This document shows positions 62,501 through 64,000 of a stretch of 64,000 nt of DNA, piece by piece. Each line of letters opens with the position of its first letter. Position 1 is the stretch's first letter. The notes beneath the pieces are model-generated. The model was not told the DNA's origin. It did no database searches and saw only the letters and a program-made list of their open reading frames with translations. This DNA comes from the human T2T-CHM13v2.0 reference genome, Homo sapiens. The stretch is taken from the NCBI RefSeq assembly GCF_009914755.1, contig NC_060925.1. One strand, written 5' to 3'. The position numbers were made by a program, and so were the translations under genes.

Positions 62501-64000
62501 TGACCTCAAAGCGGCTGAAATCTCCACTTGCAAATTCCACAAAAAGAGTGTTTCAAGTCTGCTCTGTGTAAAGGATCGTTCAACTCTGTGAGTTGAATAC
62601 ACACAACACAAGGAAGTTACTGAGAATTCTTCTGTCTAGCAGAATATGAAGAAATCCCGTTTCCAACGAAGGCCACAAGATGTCAGAATATCCACTTACA
62701 GACTTTACAAACAGAGTGTTTCCTAACTGCTCTATGAACAGAAAGGTTAAACTCTGTGAGTTGAACGAACACATCACAACCCAGTTTGTGGGAATGATTC
62801 TGTCTAGTTTTGAAAGGAAGATATTTCCTTTTCTGCCGTTGACCTTAAAGCGCTTGAAATCTACACTTGCAAATTGCACAAATAGGCTGTTGCAAATCTG
62901 CTCTGTCTAAGGGAACGTTCAACTCTGTGAGTTGAATGCACACAACACAAGGAAGTTACTGGGAATTCTTCTGTCTAGCCTTACATGAAAAAAACCCGTT
63001 TCCAACGAAGGCCTCTAAGTGGTCAAAATTTCCACGTGCAGACTTTACAAACAGAGTGTTTCCAAACCGCTGAATGAAAAGAAAAGTTAAACTCTGAGAG
63101 TTGAACGCACACATCACGCAGCAGTTTCTGAGAATGATTCTGTCTAGTTTTTATACGAAGATATTTCCTTTTCTGCATTTGGCCCCAAAGCGCTTGAAAT
63201 CTCCACTTGCAAATTCCACAAAAACAGTGTTTCAAATCTGCTGTCTCTAAATGAAAGTTCAACTCTGTCAGTTGAATACACACAACACAAGGAAGTTACT
63301 GAGAATTCTTCTGTCTAGCAAAATATGAAGAAATCCCGTTTCCAACGAAGGCCTCAAAGGGGTCTGAATATCCACTTGCAGACTTTATAAACAGAGTGTT
63401 TACTAACTGCTCTATGAAAAGAAAGGTTAAACTCTGTGAGTTGAACACACACATCACAAAGGAGTTTCTGAGAATCATTCTGTCTAGTTTTTCTACGAAG
63501 ATATTTCCTTTTCTACTATTGACCTCAAAGCGGCTGAAATCTCCACTTGCAAATTCCACAAAAAGAGTGTTTCAAGTCTGCTCTGTGTAAAGGATCGTTC
63601 AACTCTGTGAGTTGAATACACACAACACAAGGAAGTTACTGAGAATTCTTCTGTCTAGCAGAATATGAAGAAATCCCGTTTCCAACGAAGGCCTCAAGGA
63701 GGTCTGAATATCCACTTGCAGACTTTACAAACAGAGTGTTTCCTAACTGCTCTATGAACAGAAAGGTTAAACTCTGTGAGTTGAACGCACACATCACAAA
63801 GGAGTTTCTGAGAATCATTCTGTCTAGTCTTTATACGAAGATATTTACTTTTCTACCATTGACCTCAAAGCGGCTGAAATCTCCACTTGCAAATTCCACA
63901 AAAAGAGTGTTTCAAGTCTGCTCTGTGTAAAGGATCATTCAACTCTGTGAGTTGAATAAACACAACACAAGGAAGTTACTGAGAATTCTTCTGTCTAGCA
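56504..64000 (-). repeat. Run of 2040-bp 12-mer HOR units (last one truncated by the window)
   Basis: A dimers start at EcoRI sites 56504, 58544, 60584 and 62624. Confidence 0.85.

Larger units (their letters stand above)
1..64000 (-). repeat. Centromeric alpha-satellite array, SF1 (J1/J2) ~340-bp dimer, ~188 dimers; most consistent with human D1Z7/D5Z2/D19Z3 (S1C1/5/19H1L)
   Basis: Continuous 340-bp periodicity (repeat-derived ORFs start at 181, 521, 861, 1201...). Each period has two related ~170-bp halves (aactctgtgagttgaa occurs twice per period), one CENP-B box and usually one GAATTC. Alpha satellite is certain; the 1/5/19 subfamily call rests on recognition of near-identical dimers and is less certain (~0.75). 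Strand given by CENP-B box orientation. Confidence 0.99.

Noticed and set aside
181-63930. Hundreds of 60-124 aa ORFs on both strands (MFPNCSMKRK..., MILRNSFV..., MCIQLTEL...)
   Set aside because: They are translations of the 340-bp repeat, many from GTG/TTG starts. They overlap on both strands, appear or vanish with single SNPs and indels, and show no recognisable domain. They were used only as positional markers.
1-64000. CRISPR-like array or diversity-generating cassette system (regular repeats with a palindrome)
   Set aside because: There are no unique spacers; the entire period is repeated, and no cas, reverse transcriptase or recombinase gene is present.
1-64000. L1/Alu insertion, inversion or non-alpha satellite junction
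   Set aside because: Periodicity and CENP-B box orientation are unbroken; no poly-A tail, target-site duplication or foreign sequence was seen.
1-64000. Assigning a specific chromosome or calling this the kinetochore/CENP-A (CDR) site
   Set aside because: Chromosomes 1, 5 and 19 share this family, and kinetochore position is epigenetic; neither can be read from this sequence without alignment or chromatin data.

Overview
The whole 64 kb window is one uninterrupted, single-orientation primate centromeric alpha-satellite array of about 188 copies of a ~340-bp dimer (two ~170-bp monomers). Almost every dimer carries one CENP-B box (CTTCGTTGGAAACGGGA on the - strand) and one EcoRI site. This is the suprachromosomal family 1 (J1/J2) pattern. 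The near-identity of the dimers fits the human D1Z7/D5Z2/D19Z3 (S1C1/5/19H1L) live-type array best; the chromosome cannot be assigned from this window. I found no genes, RNA genes, transposon insertions, inversions or CRISPR arrays, and all listed ORFs are artefacts of the repeat. I found no new protein-coding system. What is worth study is the higher-order grammar. Eight recognisable dimer types (my labels A-H) occur mostly in a fixed order. A diverged A-B tetramer recurs 31 times at spacings of 4-11 dimers (8- to 22-mers). Most shorter units look like in-register deletions of an ABCDEFGH 16-mer. Nested recent tandem duplications (1.7, 2.7, 3.7, 7.1 and 7.8 kb), a patch of dense private substitutions and about 10 broken CENP-B boxes are overlaid on this. 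All counts were read by eye or from ORF-track offsets, not from computed alignments.
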